Notes: generated from the letters alone by a model not told the origin. 64,000 bases of DNA from an uncultured Staphylococcus sp. (GCA_964546905.1 CAZJKU010000002.1:52896-116895); one strand, 5' to 3'. Positions 9,529-19,829 are shown, counted from the first letter of the stretch. Made by a program: numbers and translations.

Positions 9529-9620
9529 TGGCGGAGAGGACGAGATTCGAACTCGTGGACAGGATTGCTCCCGTCGTCGGTTTAGCAAACCGGTGGTTTC
9601 AGCCACTCACCCACCTCTCC
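9529..9620 (-). tRNA. tRNA-Ser(GCT), long variable arm, CCA encoded
   Basis: Acceptor stem GGAGAGG/CCTCTCC plus GCCA; anticodon loop TT-GCT-AA; T-arm ACGAG-TTCGAAT-CTCGT. Confidence 0.96.
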
Positions 9621-9670
9621 TTTGAGGTTATTTCTCGCTTAAAAAGGGTCTCTTCCCTCTTTTTGCTCTG

Positions 9671-9678
9671 CAAAAGTA
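9671..9678 (-). promoter_or_regulatory. -7 box TACTTTTG for tRNA-Ser
   Basis: TAnnTTTG on the minus strand ~50 nt upstream of the tRNA. Confidence 0.65.
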
Positions 9679-9740
9679 AGGCAAATATTTAAATCCTCCA
9701 AATATTTTGGCAATAATTTTTCGTGAGTCGTTTTTTTGAT

Positions 9741-9748
9741 TACTTTTG
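9741..9748 (+). promoter_or_regulatory. -7 box TACTTTTG for the GH gene
   Basis: TAnnTTTG 30 nt upstream of ATG 9778. Confidence 0.65.
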
Positions 9749-9777
9749 CGATAGAAAATCATATCATATTCCATATC

Positions 9778-12027
9778 ATGAAATCAAGACTTTTACTTTC
9801 GGCGGCTGCCGCGCTCGCCACAGTTTCGGCCATGGCCGATGTGGTGGTGGCTACCGATGCTTACACCTGGCACGGCGACACGGTGACCCAGGGAGAGTTT
9901 TTCGCTACCGCTCCCACGTCTACCCGGATAGTTTCCACTTATTCGGCCCAGCCGGGTTATTACATGGGTATCGAAAAAGAGTGGAACCTTAAAAATGATA
10001 TTTCTTCCTACCCGCAGCTTTCCACGTCAAACCGCCTGCTTGAGGCTGTCTACAACATGGGGCTTGACGAGATGGTCAACGCCGTGGAGCCTGACACCAC
10101 CCTGCGCACGGGCAAGGAATGGGCCGGGGTGTGGACGCGCGACGTGAGCTATTCCATCCTGCTCTCGATGGCCTATATGCAGCCCGAGGCATCGATGATC
10201 TCGCTTATGAAGAAGGTTGACCCGCTGGGCCGCGTAATTCAGGACACGGGCAGCGGCGGCGCATGGCCGGTGTCGACCGACCGCGAGATATGGTGCGTCG
10301 CCGCCATGGAAGTCTATAAGGTGACGGGCAACCGCGAGTGGCTGGAATTCATCTATCCGGTTATGCTTCGTTCGCTTGCCACCGACGATGTCACGGTGGT
10401 GAGTCAGTCGACGGGACTTGTCAAAGGCGAAACTTCGTTTATCGACTGGCGCGAGCAGAGTCACCCGCGGTGGATGCAGACGGCCGACATATTCAACACC
10501 GAAACGCTGTCAACGTCAACAGTTCATGCCCGCGCGTGGACAGTGCTCGCCCAGGCTGCAGAAATACTCGGTCACAAGGATGTGGCCGAAGTGGCCCGGA
10601 GCCGCGCCGCGTCAATCGCCGAGGCTATCAACAAGCACCTGTGGATGCCCGACAAGGGATATTACGCCATGTATCTCTACGGGCGCGACAACATGATCGT
10701 CAATCCCCGAGCCGAGACACTCGGAGAGTCGCTGGCAATAATGTGGGATATAGCCTCGCGCGAGCGGAGCGTGGAGATCACCGAGAATCTGCCCGTGACC
10801 CCCTTCGGCGCGGCAATATTCTACCCCCAGATCGCCGACATACCGGCTTATCACAACAACTCGCTGTGGCCCTGGGTGGGCGCATGGTGGGCCATGGCCA
10901 ACGCCAAGGCCGGCAACGAGCCGGGTGTGGTGGAGGCTTTCGGAGCGATTGTGCGCCCGGCGGCACTGTTCTGCACCAACAAGGAGAATTTCAATCTCGA
11001 CAACGGTGACATAGCCACCGAACTCAATTCGTCAAACATGCTCTGGTGTCTGAGCGGAAATCTCGCGCTGACGCATAAGATTCTTTTCGGCCTCGAATTC
11101 GGTCTTGACCGGCTGACATTCAAGCCCTTCGTGCCCGAGGCATTTGCCGATACCCGCTCGCTGACGGGCTTCAGCTACCGCGACGCCATCCTCGACATCA
11201 CCGTGAAGGGTTACGGCAACACTATCAAGTCATTCAAAATCAACGGTAAGGAACATGCTCCCGAAATTCTCGCCAACGAGGCACGCGGACGCCTGACCGT
11301 GGAGATCGAGATGGACAGCAAGCCCATCCCCGCGCTTAAAATCAACCGCCTCCCTAACCTCAAGGCACCGCTGACACCCATCGCCTGGCTCGAAGGCACA
11401 ACACTGAAATGGAATCCGATCGAATACATCGCCGCCTACAAGGTGATACGCGACGGCGAGCCGGTGGCAACAGTACGCACCACCACTTTCGACGCCTCTA
11501 TCCCGGGCGAGTATCAGGTGATAGGTATAGCCGAAGACGGCACTGAAGGATTTGCTTCCGAACCCCGCTCCACCCGCCCTTCTCGCTTCTTCAAGCCGGC
11601 CTCACTGACCACTGAAATCTCATCGGCTGAAGCGGCCTATCAGCCTGCCACGCCCGTCGAAGGATTCACCGGAAGCGGTTTCGCCGAAATTGACCGGACC
11701 ACACCTGCGCTCACCATCCCCGTCACAGTCGACGAGGCCGGCGACTACTTCATCACCATCCGCTACTCCAACGGCAACGGACCTGTCAACACCGAAAACC
11801 GCTGCGCCGTGCGCACAGTATTTGTCGACGGCTATAAGGCCGGCATCGCAGTGTTGCCTCAGCGAGGCCGCGCCAACTGGGACGACTGGGGAACGTCCAA
11901 CTCCCTCACTGTCAACCTCACCCCCGGCACTCACGAGCTGAAAATCGTGTTCCTCCCCGAGGATGAAAACATGAACATCGAAACCAACCACGCCCTCATC
12001 GACGGCGTCACCCTGACCAAGAAATAA
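9778..12027 (+). CDS. Secreted (alpha/alpha)6 glycoside hydrolase (MGH1-like/amylo-alpha-1,6-glucosidase-like) with C-terminal CBM35/CBM6-like module
   Basis: Signal peptide; WAGVWTRDVSYS, WPVSTDR, GETSFIDWREQS, YHNNSLWPWV; C-terminal IRYSNGNGP..WDDWG jelly-roll. Confidence 0.8.
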   Translation: MKSRLLLSAAAALATVSAMADVVVATDAYTWHGDTVTQGEFFATAPTSTRIVSTYSAQPGYYMGIEKEWNLKNDISSYPQLSTSNRLLEAVYNMGLDEMVNAVEPDTTLRTGKEWAGVWTRDVSYSILLSMAYMQPEASMISLMKKVDPLGRVIQDTGSGGAWPVSTDREIWCVAAMEVYKVTGNREWLEFIYPVMLRSLATDDVTVVSQSTGLVKGETSFIDWREQSHPRWMQTADIFNTETLSTSTVHARAWTVLAQAAEILGHKDVAEVARSRAASIAEAINKHLWMPDKGYYAMYLYGRDNMIVNPRAETLGESLAIMWDIASRERSVEITENLPVTPFGAAIFYPQIADIPAYHNNSLWPWVGAWWAMANAKAGNEPGVVEAFGAIVRPAALFCTNKENFNLDNGDIATELNSSNMLWCLSGNLALTHKILFGLEFGLDRLTFKPFVPEAFADTRSLTGFSYRDAILDITVKGYGNTIKSFKINGKEHAPEILANEARGRLTVEIEMDSKPIPALKINRLPNLKAPLTPIAWLEGTTLKWNPIEYIAAYKVIRDGEPVATVRTTTFDASIPGEYQVIGIAEDGTEGFASEPRSTRPSRFFKPASLTTEISSAEAAYQPATPVEGFTGSGFAEIDRTTPALTIPVTVDEAGDYFITIRYSNGNGPVNTENRCAVRTVFVDGYKAGIAVLPQRGRANWDDWGTSNSLTVNLTPGTHELKIVFLPEDENMNIETNHALIDGVTLTKK

Positions 12028-12048
12028 CTCGCCGACAGGCTCCCTATC

Positions 12049-12090
12049 AAGCCGCAGGAGAGGCACATCCGCCCTCCCTGCGGCTTTTTT
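12049..12090 (+). terminator. Intrinsic terminator
   Basis: AAGCCGCAGG../..CCTGCGGCTT followed by a T-run. Confidence 0.85.
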
Positions 12091-12388
12091 GCTGTTAAGA
12101 CCGAGACTTAAATCAAGTAAGAAGTTGGCAATTTAGAGCCTTTTGAGTGTGGAGTTACGATGATTTAGCGTGCTCCTCTCGCCCCCGTCAATCAGGGAAA
12201 ATATTCTGAATACAAAATTAACATTGCGAACCCGTCCACGGCCCGACCGATTTTCATGAGATTTAGGGTTTTGTAACAGTCGCGACACACAAATTACTTG
12301 GAAATCCGAGGAATTTTGAGTAATTTTGCAGATTGAAAAGTAGAAAAAACAGTCAATTACATTAACCTTAATTATACCAAAAGAAATC

Positions 12389-15300
12389 ATGAAAAAGATT
12401 TTGACTCCCCTCGTGGCAGGTCTTCTCGCTTTCTCATCGGCTGCTGTTGCTCAGGAAAATCTCCTCGCATTCCCCGGTGCTGAAGGCTTCGGACGCTACA
12501 CAACCGGAGGTCGTGGCGGCGAGATCTACCACGTCACCAACCTCAATGATTCCGGCTCAGGCTCTCTGCGCGACGCAGTCAGCAAGGAAAACCGCATCGT
12601 AGTGTTTGACGTGTGCGGTACCATCAACCTGAAATCCCCGCTCGCCTTCAAGGGCAACCTCACCGTCCTGGGCCAGACGGCTCCGGGCGAAGGAATCCAG
12701 GTCTACGGTGACCGAGTGACATTCTCGGGCGCCAACAACCTCATCGTGCGCTACATCCGCTTCCGCATGGGTATCAACGGCACCAACGGAGCCGACGCCT
12801 GCGGCGTGGCCAACGGTAAGGACATGATCTTCGACCACCTTTCGGTGCTCTGGGGCCGCGATGAAAACTTCTCGGTCAGCTGGGACAACAAGAACAACCG
12901 TCCGGCCAACATCACCATCCAGAACTCCATCATCGGCCAGGGCCTGCAGTCCCACTCTTGCGGCGGCCTTATCCAGACCATCGGCGGCGTGACGCTCTAC
13001 CGCAACCTCTATATCGAGAACAAGACCCGCAACCCCAAGGTGAAAGGCCTCAACCAGTATGTCAACAACGTTGTCTACAACTGGGGTAACGGCGGCTGCT
13101 ACATCATGAGTGACTCGGAAGGCGACTCGTGGGCCGACATTGAAAACAACTACTTCATGCGCGGCCTATGGACAAGCGCCACCGATCCCTTCGTGCGCGG
13201 CATCCAGTCATTCCGCTACTACGGTGCCGGCAACTATTACGATGACAACAAGGACGGCGAAATCAACGGCCATGAAATGACCGTGGACGAGATGAAGGGC
13301 GCGCAGGACGGCACCGCCCCCTACTCCACCTGGTTCAGCTCGCTCGACGCCCTCAACGCCAACATCACAGAGTATAACGCCACCGCAAGCGAGCCCGTGC
13401 AGCTTATCCCGGAGATCTCCAACAAGATGACGGCACTCGAAGCCCTGAACTGGATGACGACCAACGTGGGTCCTTCACTCCCTGCCTACGATGAAGTAGA
13501 CCAGTATCTTATCGACGAACTGATGTCGTGGGGAACCGTCAGCACCCGCAACGGTATCTCCAGTGAGAAGCAGCTTCCCCACAAGGGCACCGGCGTGCTC
13601 TCGGGCGGCGTGAAGCCCCTTGATACTGACGGCGACGGCATACCCGACGAATGGGAAACCGCCAACGGTCTCAACCCCAACGACGCCACCGACGCCAAGG
13701 CCATCGCTGCCAACGGATATGCCAACATCGAGAACTACGTGTTCACTATCGACGCTCCCTATCCCTACATCAAGAAGCCCGTCAACTTAGCCGTAACCAA
13801 CCAGGGCAAGACCACACTCTCGCTTGCTTGGGAACTCAACAAGAACACCACCGACGGCTTTATAGTCGAGAAGTCAGCCAACGGTTCAGATTTCACCGAA
13901 GCGATGCGCGTGGCTGCCGGCACCACCGAGTGCGTAGTGGAAGGCCTCGATGAGAACACCCCCTACTGGGTTCGCGTCCGCGCCTACAACAACGACGGCA
14001 TCTACTCCGACTACACCGAGACCCTCGCCACCGAAACCGTGGGCGATCCCGTGGCTCCCTTCGCATGTGAGAATCCCTTCCCCGCCAATGGTGCCAAGGA
14101 AGCCGTGGCTTCGGGCATCAACTTCACTTGGGAAAACACCACCAAGCCCCACTTCGGCGAAGTCACCTACTCATTCTACCTCGGCACAGCTGCCGACGAC
14201 CTCGTGCTGACAGCTTCCAACCTCAAGACCAAGTCATACAAGGTGGATGAACTGACTCCCGGCGTGACCTACTACTGGCGCGTCGATGCCACCAACAATA
14301 TCGGCACTACTGCCGGTACCGTATGGTCCTTCTCGGCTACCGCCGGCGGCGTGCTCTTCTACACCGACTTCTACCACCAGCCCGCAGCCTGGGCTGCCAA
14401 GTTCGAGTCGATAGCCGACAACACCAACGTGTCAAACGCCGCCAACGCCACGAGCGAATTTGACGGCATGGTGATCGGTTGCGGCAACGAAGCCATCCGC
14501 ATCATCGCCATGAGCGGCTCCAACAATTCAGCCGACGGCACCAAGGACTACGGCCCCGCCACTCCCGACGATGAAGGCGCATCTGACCGCTGCCTCCAGT
14601 TCTACACCACCAAGGAAGGCGGCTACGTAAGCACCCCCACCGTAACCGGCCCCTGCGTGGTGACCATCTATGCAGGCAACCCCGACAAGTCATCCAAGAC
14701 CATCAAGCTCAACACTATCGTCAACGGTCAGGAGACCACCGTGGCCTCGCTTGCCCTCGGCGCAGCCAAGCGCATGTATAAGTTTGAATACACCTATCCC
14801 AACTCCGGCACCGTTCAGTTCAAGATCGATGCAAACGCCAAGAAGGTGAACATCAACGACATCCTCGTGGAGCGCTACGTGGCTCAGGGTGGCGACCAGC
14901 CCCTGGAGCTTACCGCCGGTGCCCTTGAGTATACCGACATGAGCTACGCCGACGGTTCGATCCAGCTCACATTCAATCAGGACATCAAGTATAACGGTGG
15001 TGCCGTACTCAATGGCAAGACCCAGTTTGAGACCGTAGACGTGACTGTTTCGGGCAAGAAACTCAATATCGCTTACGAAGCCCTCAACATCAACACCGCC
15101 TATACCCTCACCTTCCCCGCCGGTGCCATCACCGACATGGCAGGCAATCAGTCGTTTATCACCGACGTCAAGTTCACCACCTGCGACTTCCCCGCCCTTA
15201 AGTCAGACGGCGAGACCCACTTCGGAAAGGCTGCCGCCGAGCTTCCCCTCAACTTCGCTCCCTTCACCGAGGTAGCACCTTTCGCCACCGTGGGCGGTCT

Positions 15301-15898
15301 CGTTCAGGACAAGCAGAACGACTATCCCCACTGGGTACAGGCTTCGGGCGACGTCACCGCCGAGTCAGCCGTCATGACCTCGACTTCCGACAAGATCATG
15401 TGCTACTACGGTCCGTCATCCCGCGCCCTCTACCTCGACGCTGAAATCGAAGGCAACGTCCTGCTCAAGGTTCAGGAATCTCGCAACTGTGACATCACTC
15501 CGGGCTGGCGCACAATCCGCTCGTTCACTAAGGAAGACGGCCATGTTCAGACCGAACTCGCCCTTAACCCCGAGTCACACTTCGTGAAAGTCACCGCCCC
15601 CACCCTCTCGGGCAAGGTTAAGGTGAACACCCTGCGCATCGCCGACGAAACCGGCTACTACGGTCCTGACTTCACCGGAATGGAAAACATCGCCGCCTCG
15701 CAGTTCATCTGCGCCGTCGAAGGCAATGTCCTGACCGTATCAGGAGCCCGCGCCGCCGCTGCCGTTGACGTCTACGACGTTGCAGGCCGCCTCATCGCTA
15801 CCGCGGTGACCGCAGCCGACGGCTCTGCCGCCCTCACTCTTGAGCCCGGCATGGTGATCGTGACCGTCGACGGTTACGCTCTCAAGGTTAAGATCTGA
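12389..15898 (+). CDS. Polysaccharide lyase family 1 (pectate lyase) with FN3/Ig modules and a T9SS-type tail
   Basis: AFPGAEGFGRYTTGGRGG, QTAPGEGI, DHLSVLWGRDE, RNPK; DTDGDGIPD Ca-binding loop; FN3 repeats. Confidence 0.92.
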   Translation: MKKILTPLVAGLLAFSSAAVAQENLLAFPGAEGFGRYTTGGRGGEIYHVTNLNDSGSGSLRDAVSKENRIVVFDVCGTINLKSPLAFKGNLTVLGQTAPGEGIQVYGDRVTFSGANNLIVRYIRFRMGINGTNGADACGVANGKDMIFDHLSVLWGRDENFSVSWDNKNNRPANITIQNSIIGQGLQSHSCGGLIQTIGGVTLYRNLYIENKTRNPKVKGLNQYVNNVVYNWGNGGCYIMSDSEGDSWADIENNYFMRGLWTSATDPFVRGIQSFRYYGAGNYYDDNKDGEINGHEMTVDEMKGAQDGTAPYSTWFSSLDALNANITEYNATASEPVQLIPEISNKMTALEALNWMTTNVGPSLPAYDEVDQYLIDELMSWGTVSTRNGISSEKQLPHKGTGVLSGGVKPLDTDGDGIPDEWETANGLNPNDATDAKAIAANGYANIENYVFTIDAPYPYIKKPVNLAVTNQGKTTLSLAWELNKNTTDGFIVEKSANGSDFTEAMRVAAGTTECVVEGLDENTPYWVRVRAYNNDGIYSDYTETLATETVGDPVAPFACENPFPANGAKEAVASGINFTWENTTKPHFGEVTYSFYLGTAADDLVLTASNLKTKSYKVDELTPGVTYYWRVDATNNIGTTAGTVWSFSATAGGVLFYTDFYHQPAAWAAKFESIADNTNVSNAANATSEFDGMVIGCGNEAIRIIAMSGSNNSADGTKDYGPATPDDEGASDRCLQFYTTKEGGYVSTPTVTGPCVVTIYAGNPDKSSKTIKLNTIVNGQETTVASLALGAAKRMYKFEYTYPNSGTVQFKIDANAKKVNINDILVERYVAQGGDQPLELTAGALEYTDMSYADGSIQLTFNQDIKYNGGAVLNGKTQFETVDVTVSGKKLNIAYEALNINTAYTLTFPAGAITDMAGNQSFITDVKFTTCDFPALKSDGETHFGKAAAELPLNFAPFTEVAPFATVGGLVQDKQNDYPHWVQASGDVTAESAVMTSTSDKIMCYYGPSSRALYLDAEIEGNVLLKVQESRNCDITPGWRTIRSFTKEDGHVQTELALNPESHFVKVTAPTLSGKVKVNTLRIADETGYYGPDFTGMENIAASQFICAVEGNVLTVSGARAAAAVDVYDVAGRLIATAVTAADGSAALTLEPGMVIVTVDGYALKVKI

Positions 15899-15929
15899 TT
15901 CTTCACTACGGATAATCCGTTTAACCGGT

Positions 15930-15971
15930 AAAACTTACCCGATTCCCCTTCAGGAGTCGGGTAAGTTTTTT
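15930..15971 (+). terminator. Intrinsic terminator
   Basis: AAAACTTACCCGATTCC/GGAGTCGGGTAAGTTTT followed by a T-run. Confidence 0.85.
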
Positions 15972-16049
15972 CATATATCCAAAGCCGGCGCACTGACAAC
16001 CCTCCGGTCTTTGCTTTTGTTGTAAAATTGTAGTACATTTGCAAAATAT

Positions 16050-17546
16050 ATGGATTCTCAACAATATCACGAAATTCTGGACTATCTGCGATCGGTCATT
16101 GCGTCGACCCGGTGGGAGGGACACGTCTATGCCGTAGGCGGATGTTGCCGCGACGAGATCATGGGCGAACCCATCAAGGATATAGACCTGGCGGTGGACC
16201 TGCCGGGTGGTGGAATAGAATTTGCCGAGTGGCTCCATTCGTCGGGATTGACCGAAAACGAGCCGGTGACATATCCACGGTTCGGGACGGCCATGACCAT
16301 TCTCAACCGTTTTCCGGGTGTGGAAATAGAGATCGTGCAGACGCGCCGCGAAAAATACACTGACCGCAACTCGCGCTGTCCCGAGACTGCTTTCGGCTCG
16401 ATTGAAGAGGACTGTATGCGCCGCGACCTTACGGTCAACTCGATTTTCCACAACATCACCACCGGGAAGTCGGTCGACATCACAGGCCGTGGAATCGACG
16501 ACATAAGCAACCGTATACTCCGCACTCCCGCCGACCCCGACATGACTTTTGACGACGATCCCGTCAGGATATTGCGCTGCATCCGTTTCGCCGCCCGATT
16601 CGGATGGAGGATCGACGAAGCGACTTATCAGGGAATGTGCCGCAACGTGGAGCGGCTGCGTATCGTCTCGCCGCGCCGCCTGCGTCTCGAACTGGAGCGT
16701 ATGCTCCTCTCTCCCCGCCCTGCGCTGGCACTCCAACTGCTGCGCGACACCGGCGCGATGCCCTACGTGATGCCCATGCTCGTCCCCCTCTACTCGATTC
16801 CCACCCGCTACCCGGGCCATACGGTATGGGACCACACGCTGAAAGCCGTGACGCTCGTACCCGACGATATAAAGCTCCGCTGGGCGGCTCTCCTTATGGA
16901 TACCGGAAAAGCTCCTCAGAAATGTGGCGACGACGGCGCCCGCCATCCTCATGATCAGGAATCACGCCGCATCGTGTGGAAACTACTCCCGAGATTGAAA
17001 TATGACGAGGATTTCATGGAAGACGTGGCATTTCTCGTCAGGCACCACACCTTCTTTAAAGGAGCCGGGCCTGACGGAGATAAAATCACCGACGCCAAGT
17101 TGCGAAAGATTCAGTACCAGAGCATCACGCCCGAGCGATTCAATAATCTGCTCGAACTTGTAAATGCCGACAATCTTGCCTATCCCGACTCAGCCGGATT
17201 GAAGGATCAGGCCGCTGCCATAAGGCTAAGGTCTGACCGACTGGTGGAGGAAGGAAAGGGAATGTTTGGTTACAAACTACCGGTCAGTGTACAGAAACTC
17301 CGCCGTATCACCCGCGCCCGCTCGGCCAAAGAATTGCGTCAGGTGCGCGACCGTCTTCTCGCCATGGCCTACGAAGACCCGTTGAAGCCGGCAGCGGAAT
17401 TTGAGGAAGCCCTCAGGTCGCTCAAGCCTAAAGCCGCCGGAAATCAGCGGACTAAACCCGCTGTCAATCAGCGACCTAAAACCAACAATCGCAAGCAAAA
17501 TGGAGGTAAGAATAGACCCAACTTGGAAAAGCGCTCTCGCCGCTGA
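16050..17546 (+). CDS. CCA tRNA nucleotidyltransferase/poly(A) polymerase family protein with a degenerate HD domain
   Basis: VGGCCRD, KDIDL, EDCMRRDLTVN, DDDPVRILRCIRFAARF; the HD position reads AALLMDTGK. Confidence 0.9.
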   Translation: MDSQQYHEILDYLRSVIASTRWEGHVYAVGGCCRDEIMGEPIKDIDLAVDLPGGGIEFAEWLHSSGLTENEPVTYPRFGTAMTILNRFPGVEIEIVQTRREKYTDRNSRCPETAFGSIEEDCMRRDLTVNSIFHNITTGKSVDITGRGIDDISNRILRTPADPDMTFDDDPVRILRCIRFAARFGWRIDEATYQGMCRNVERLRIVSPRRLRLELERMLLSPRPALALQLLRDTGAMPYVMPMLVPLYSIPTRYPGHTVWDHTLKAVTLVPDDIKLRWAALLMDTGKAPQKCGDDGARHPHDQESRRIVWKLLPRLKYDEDFMEDVAFLVRHHTFFKGAGPDGDKITDAKLRKIQYQSITPERFNNLLELVNADNLAYPDSAGLKDQAAAIRLRSDRLVEEGKGMFGYKLPVSVQKLRRITRARSAKELRQVRDRLLAMAYEDPLKPAAEFEEALRSLKPKAAGNQRTKPAVNQRPKTNNRKQNGGKNRPNLEKRSRR

Positions 17547-18162
17547 ATGGGACAAGGAATACTTTGCCGACCTGACCCGTTTCGTCAGGCAGGAATATGC
17601 CACCGCAACCGTATATCCGCCGGCCGGACAGATATTCGCAGCTTTTGATTCCTGTCCTGCCGACAAGGTTAAGGTTGTCATCTTAGGGCAGGATCCCTAT
17701 CACGGTCCGGGCCAGGCCAACGGCCTCAGTTTTTCGGTCAATGACGGTATTCCCCTTCCCCGCTCGCTCGAAAACATCTACCGGGAACTACATGATGATC
17801 TCGGCGTTGCCACTCCCCCGTCAGGCAACCTCATGCGCTGGGCCACGCAAGGAGTGCTGTTGCTCAACGCTACCCTTACAGTGCGAGCCCACACTCCCAC
17901 CTCCCATTCACGTCGGGGATGGGAAACCCTGACCGATGCCGCGATACGCTATCTTTCCGACCACCGCGAGAATATCGTGTTCATCCTCTGGGGCTCCTTT
18001 GCCCGAAGCAAGAGCGAACTGATCGATCAGTCGCGGCACTGTATCATCACTTCAGTCCATCCGTCACCGCTCAGCGCCTCGCGCGGATTCTTCGGCAGCC
18101 GTCCGTTCTCGCGGGCCAATCAATATCTCATCAATCACGGTATCAGTCCCATAATATGGTAA
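17500..18162 (+). CDS. ung: Uracil-DNA glycosylase (family 1)
   Basis: KVVILGQDPYHGPGQANGLSFSV, SVHPSPLS; likely ATG at 17500 overlaps the upstream gene by 47 nt. Confidence 0.97.
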   Translation: MEVRIDPTWKSALAAEWDKEYFADLTRFVRQEYATATVYPPAGQIFAAFDSCPADKVKVVILGQDPYHGPGQANGLSFSVNDGIPLPRSLENIYRELHDDLGVATPPSGNLMRWATQGVLLLNATLTVRAHTPTSHSRRGWETLTDAAIRYLSDHRENIVFILWGSFARSKSELIDQSRHCIITSVHPSPLSASRGFFGSRPFSRANQYLINHGISPIIW

Positions 18163-18563
18163 CAAACCTCAATCAAAGGATAGAGCGCGCCCTCGACCTG
18201 CGCGCGCAAGGATATAATTGCGCCCAATGCGTGGCAATGGTTTATGACGACGTCACGGGTCTTGACCCTGACCTGCTTGCCCGCACCACCGCCGGCCTCG
18301 GCACCGGAGTAGGTGGCTTGCGTGAAGTGTGCGGCGCCGTCTCTGCAATGGCAATAGTCGACAGCCTGACCGGTTACGGTTCGCCGGCCGACAAGCCGGC
18401 ACTTTACTCCACAGTCAGCTCCGACGGCGAAAAATTCCGCAGCCTCAACGGCTCGCTCGTGTGCCGTGAACTGAAGCGTCCCGGCGGCAAGCCATGTCCC
18501 CAACTGATTGCCGACGCCGTCACTATTCTCTACCACCGTTTCTTCCCCGGAAATGAAGAATAA
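18156..18563 (+). CDS. C-GCAxxG-C-C family putative redox protein
   Basis: GYNCAQCV, EVCGAVSAM, VCRELK, CPQLI. Confidence 0.88.
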   Translation: MVTNLNQRIERALDLRAQGYNCAQCVAMVYDDVTGLDPDLLARTTAGLGTGVGGLREVCGAVSAMAIVDSLTGYGSPADKPALYSTVSSDGEKFRSLNGSLVCRELKRPGGKPCPQLIADAVTILYHRFFPGNEE

Positions 18564-19812
18564 CCTCCTTCTCATCACGTCTCTAATGTTGGTGGCCTGC
18601 ATGATTCCGGCGCAGGCTGCCGATACCACTACTTCTATCTTTAATCCTTCATTCCGCACCCTGCAGGTGGAGGTGGCCGGGAATCCATTTGCCCCCGATG
18701 TCATAATGCTTGGCGACGACGGCGACAGAATTTCCATCTCTTTTGACGAGCTCGCCGCTGACCGACGCTACCTCCGCTATCAGCTCATACATTGTGACCG
18801 CAACTGGCAACCGGACCAACTCGTTGACTCAGAGTTCCTCGACGGTTTCAATGAAGCCACCGTCGACGACTATCGGTACTCGATGGCCACCCTCGTGCAA
18901 TATGTCCACTACACAATAACCATCCCCGACGAAAACATGCGCATTACCGCTCCGGGCAATTACCTCGTAAGGGTCTATGACGAGAGCGACCCCGACGACA
19001 CTTTGCTCCAGGCCCGGTTTTCGGTATGTGATTTCACTATGGATGCCGCGGCGACGGTCACTTCACGCACCGATATTGACACGAATGACTCGCACCAGCA
19101 GCTTGAAATAACCGTCGATACCAAGCGCACTCCTGTGCGCGACCTTTTCGGCGACATCTATGTGACCGTCAGTCAAAACGGTCGCATCGACAACACCGTC
19201 ACCGTCAACCGCCCCTTGCGCGTCAGCGGCACAACTCTGCATTTCGAGCACAACCGCGACCTCATCTTCCCGGCCGGAAACGAATACCGCCGCGTGGAAC
19301 CCATCTCAACCCAATATCCCGGAATGGGTGTGGAGAATATCGGGTATCATGCTCCCGTATATCAAATCGACCTTGCAACTGACTATCAGAGAACCAACTA
19401 TCTTTACGACAGCACCCAGCACGGGCGTTACTTCGTCAGGGAATACAATTCCGCCGACTCCGACGTCCAGGCCGATTACGTGATGGTCAATTTCTCCCTC
19501 GCGATTCCCGAAATGACCGATGCCGACGTGTTTCTTGACGGCGACTTCGTGATGCGCCATTTCGACCCGTCGTCGCGCATGGTGTGGAATCACGCTACGG
19601 GAAGATATGAGACATCCATGCTGCTGAAACAGGGGGCCTATAACTATCAGTATCTCACCGTGCCTCGCGGCTCCATGAAAGGAAGCACCGCTCCCGTGGA
19701 AGGCGACTTCCACGAGACGGTCAACGAATATGAAATCCGCATCTATCACCGGCCGTCGGGCACCCGCTATGACCGCCTCGTGGGCGTGACAACCGCTACA
19801 TCGGGGAAATAA
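18553..19812 (+). CDS. DUF5103 family protein (T9SS plug-like)
   Basis: Signal peptide; ISISFDEL, IHCDRNW, FPAGNEYR, LLKQGAYNYQY, GDFHETVNEY. Confidence 0.8.
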   Translation: MKNNLLLITSLMLVACMIPAQAADTTTSIFNPSFRTLQVEVAGNPFAPDVIMLGDDGDRISISFDELAADRRYLRYQLIHCDRNWQPDQLVDSEFLDGFNEATVDDYRYSMATLVQYVHYTITIPDENMRITAPGNYLVRVYDESDPDDTLLQARFSVCDFTMDAAATVTSRTDIDTNDSHQQLEITVDTKRTPVRDLFGDIYVTVSQNGRIDNTVTVNRPLRVSGTTLHFEHNRDLIFPAGNEYRRVEPISTQYPGMGVENIGYHAPVYQIDLATDYQRTNYLYDSTQHGRYFVREYNSADSDVQADYVMVNFSLAIPEMTDADVFLDGDFVMRHFDPSSRMVWNHATGRYETSMLLKQGAYNYQYLTVPRGSMKGSTAPVEGDFHETVNEYEIRIYHRPSGTRYDRLVGVTTATSGK

Positions 19813-19829
19813 AAGTACTAAAATATCCA

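Noticed and set aside
8430-9606. Short ORFs (60-108 aa) across the hairpin tract as transposase or toxin genes
   Set aside because: No HUH, DDE or other motif; R/P/A-rich translations of GC-rich repeats; one overlaps the tRNA
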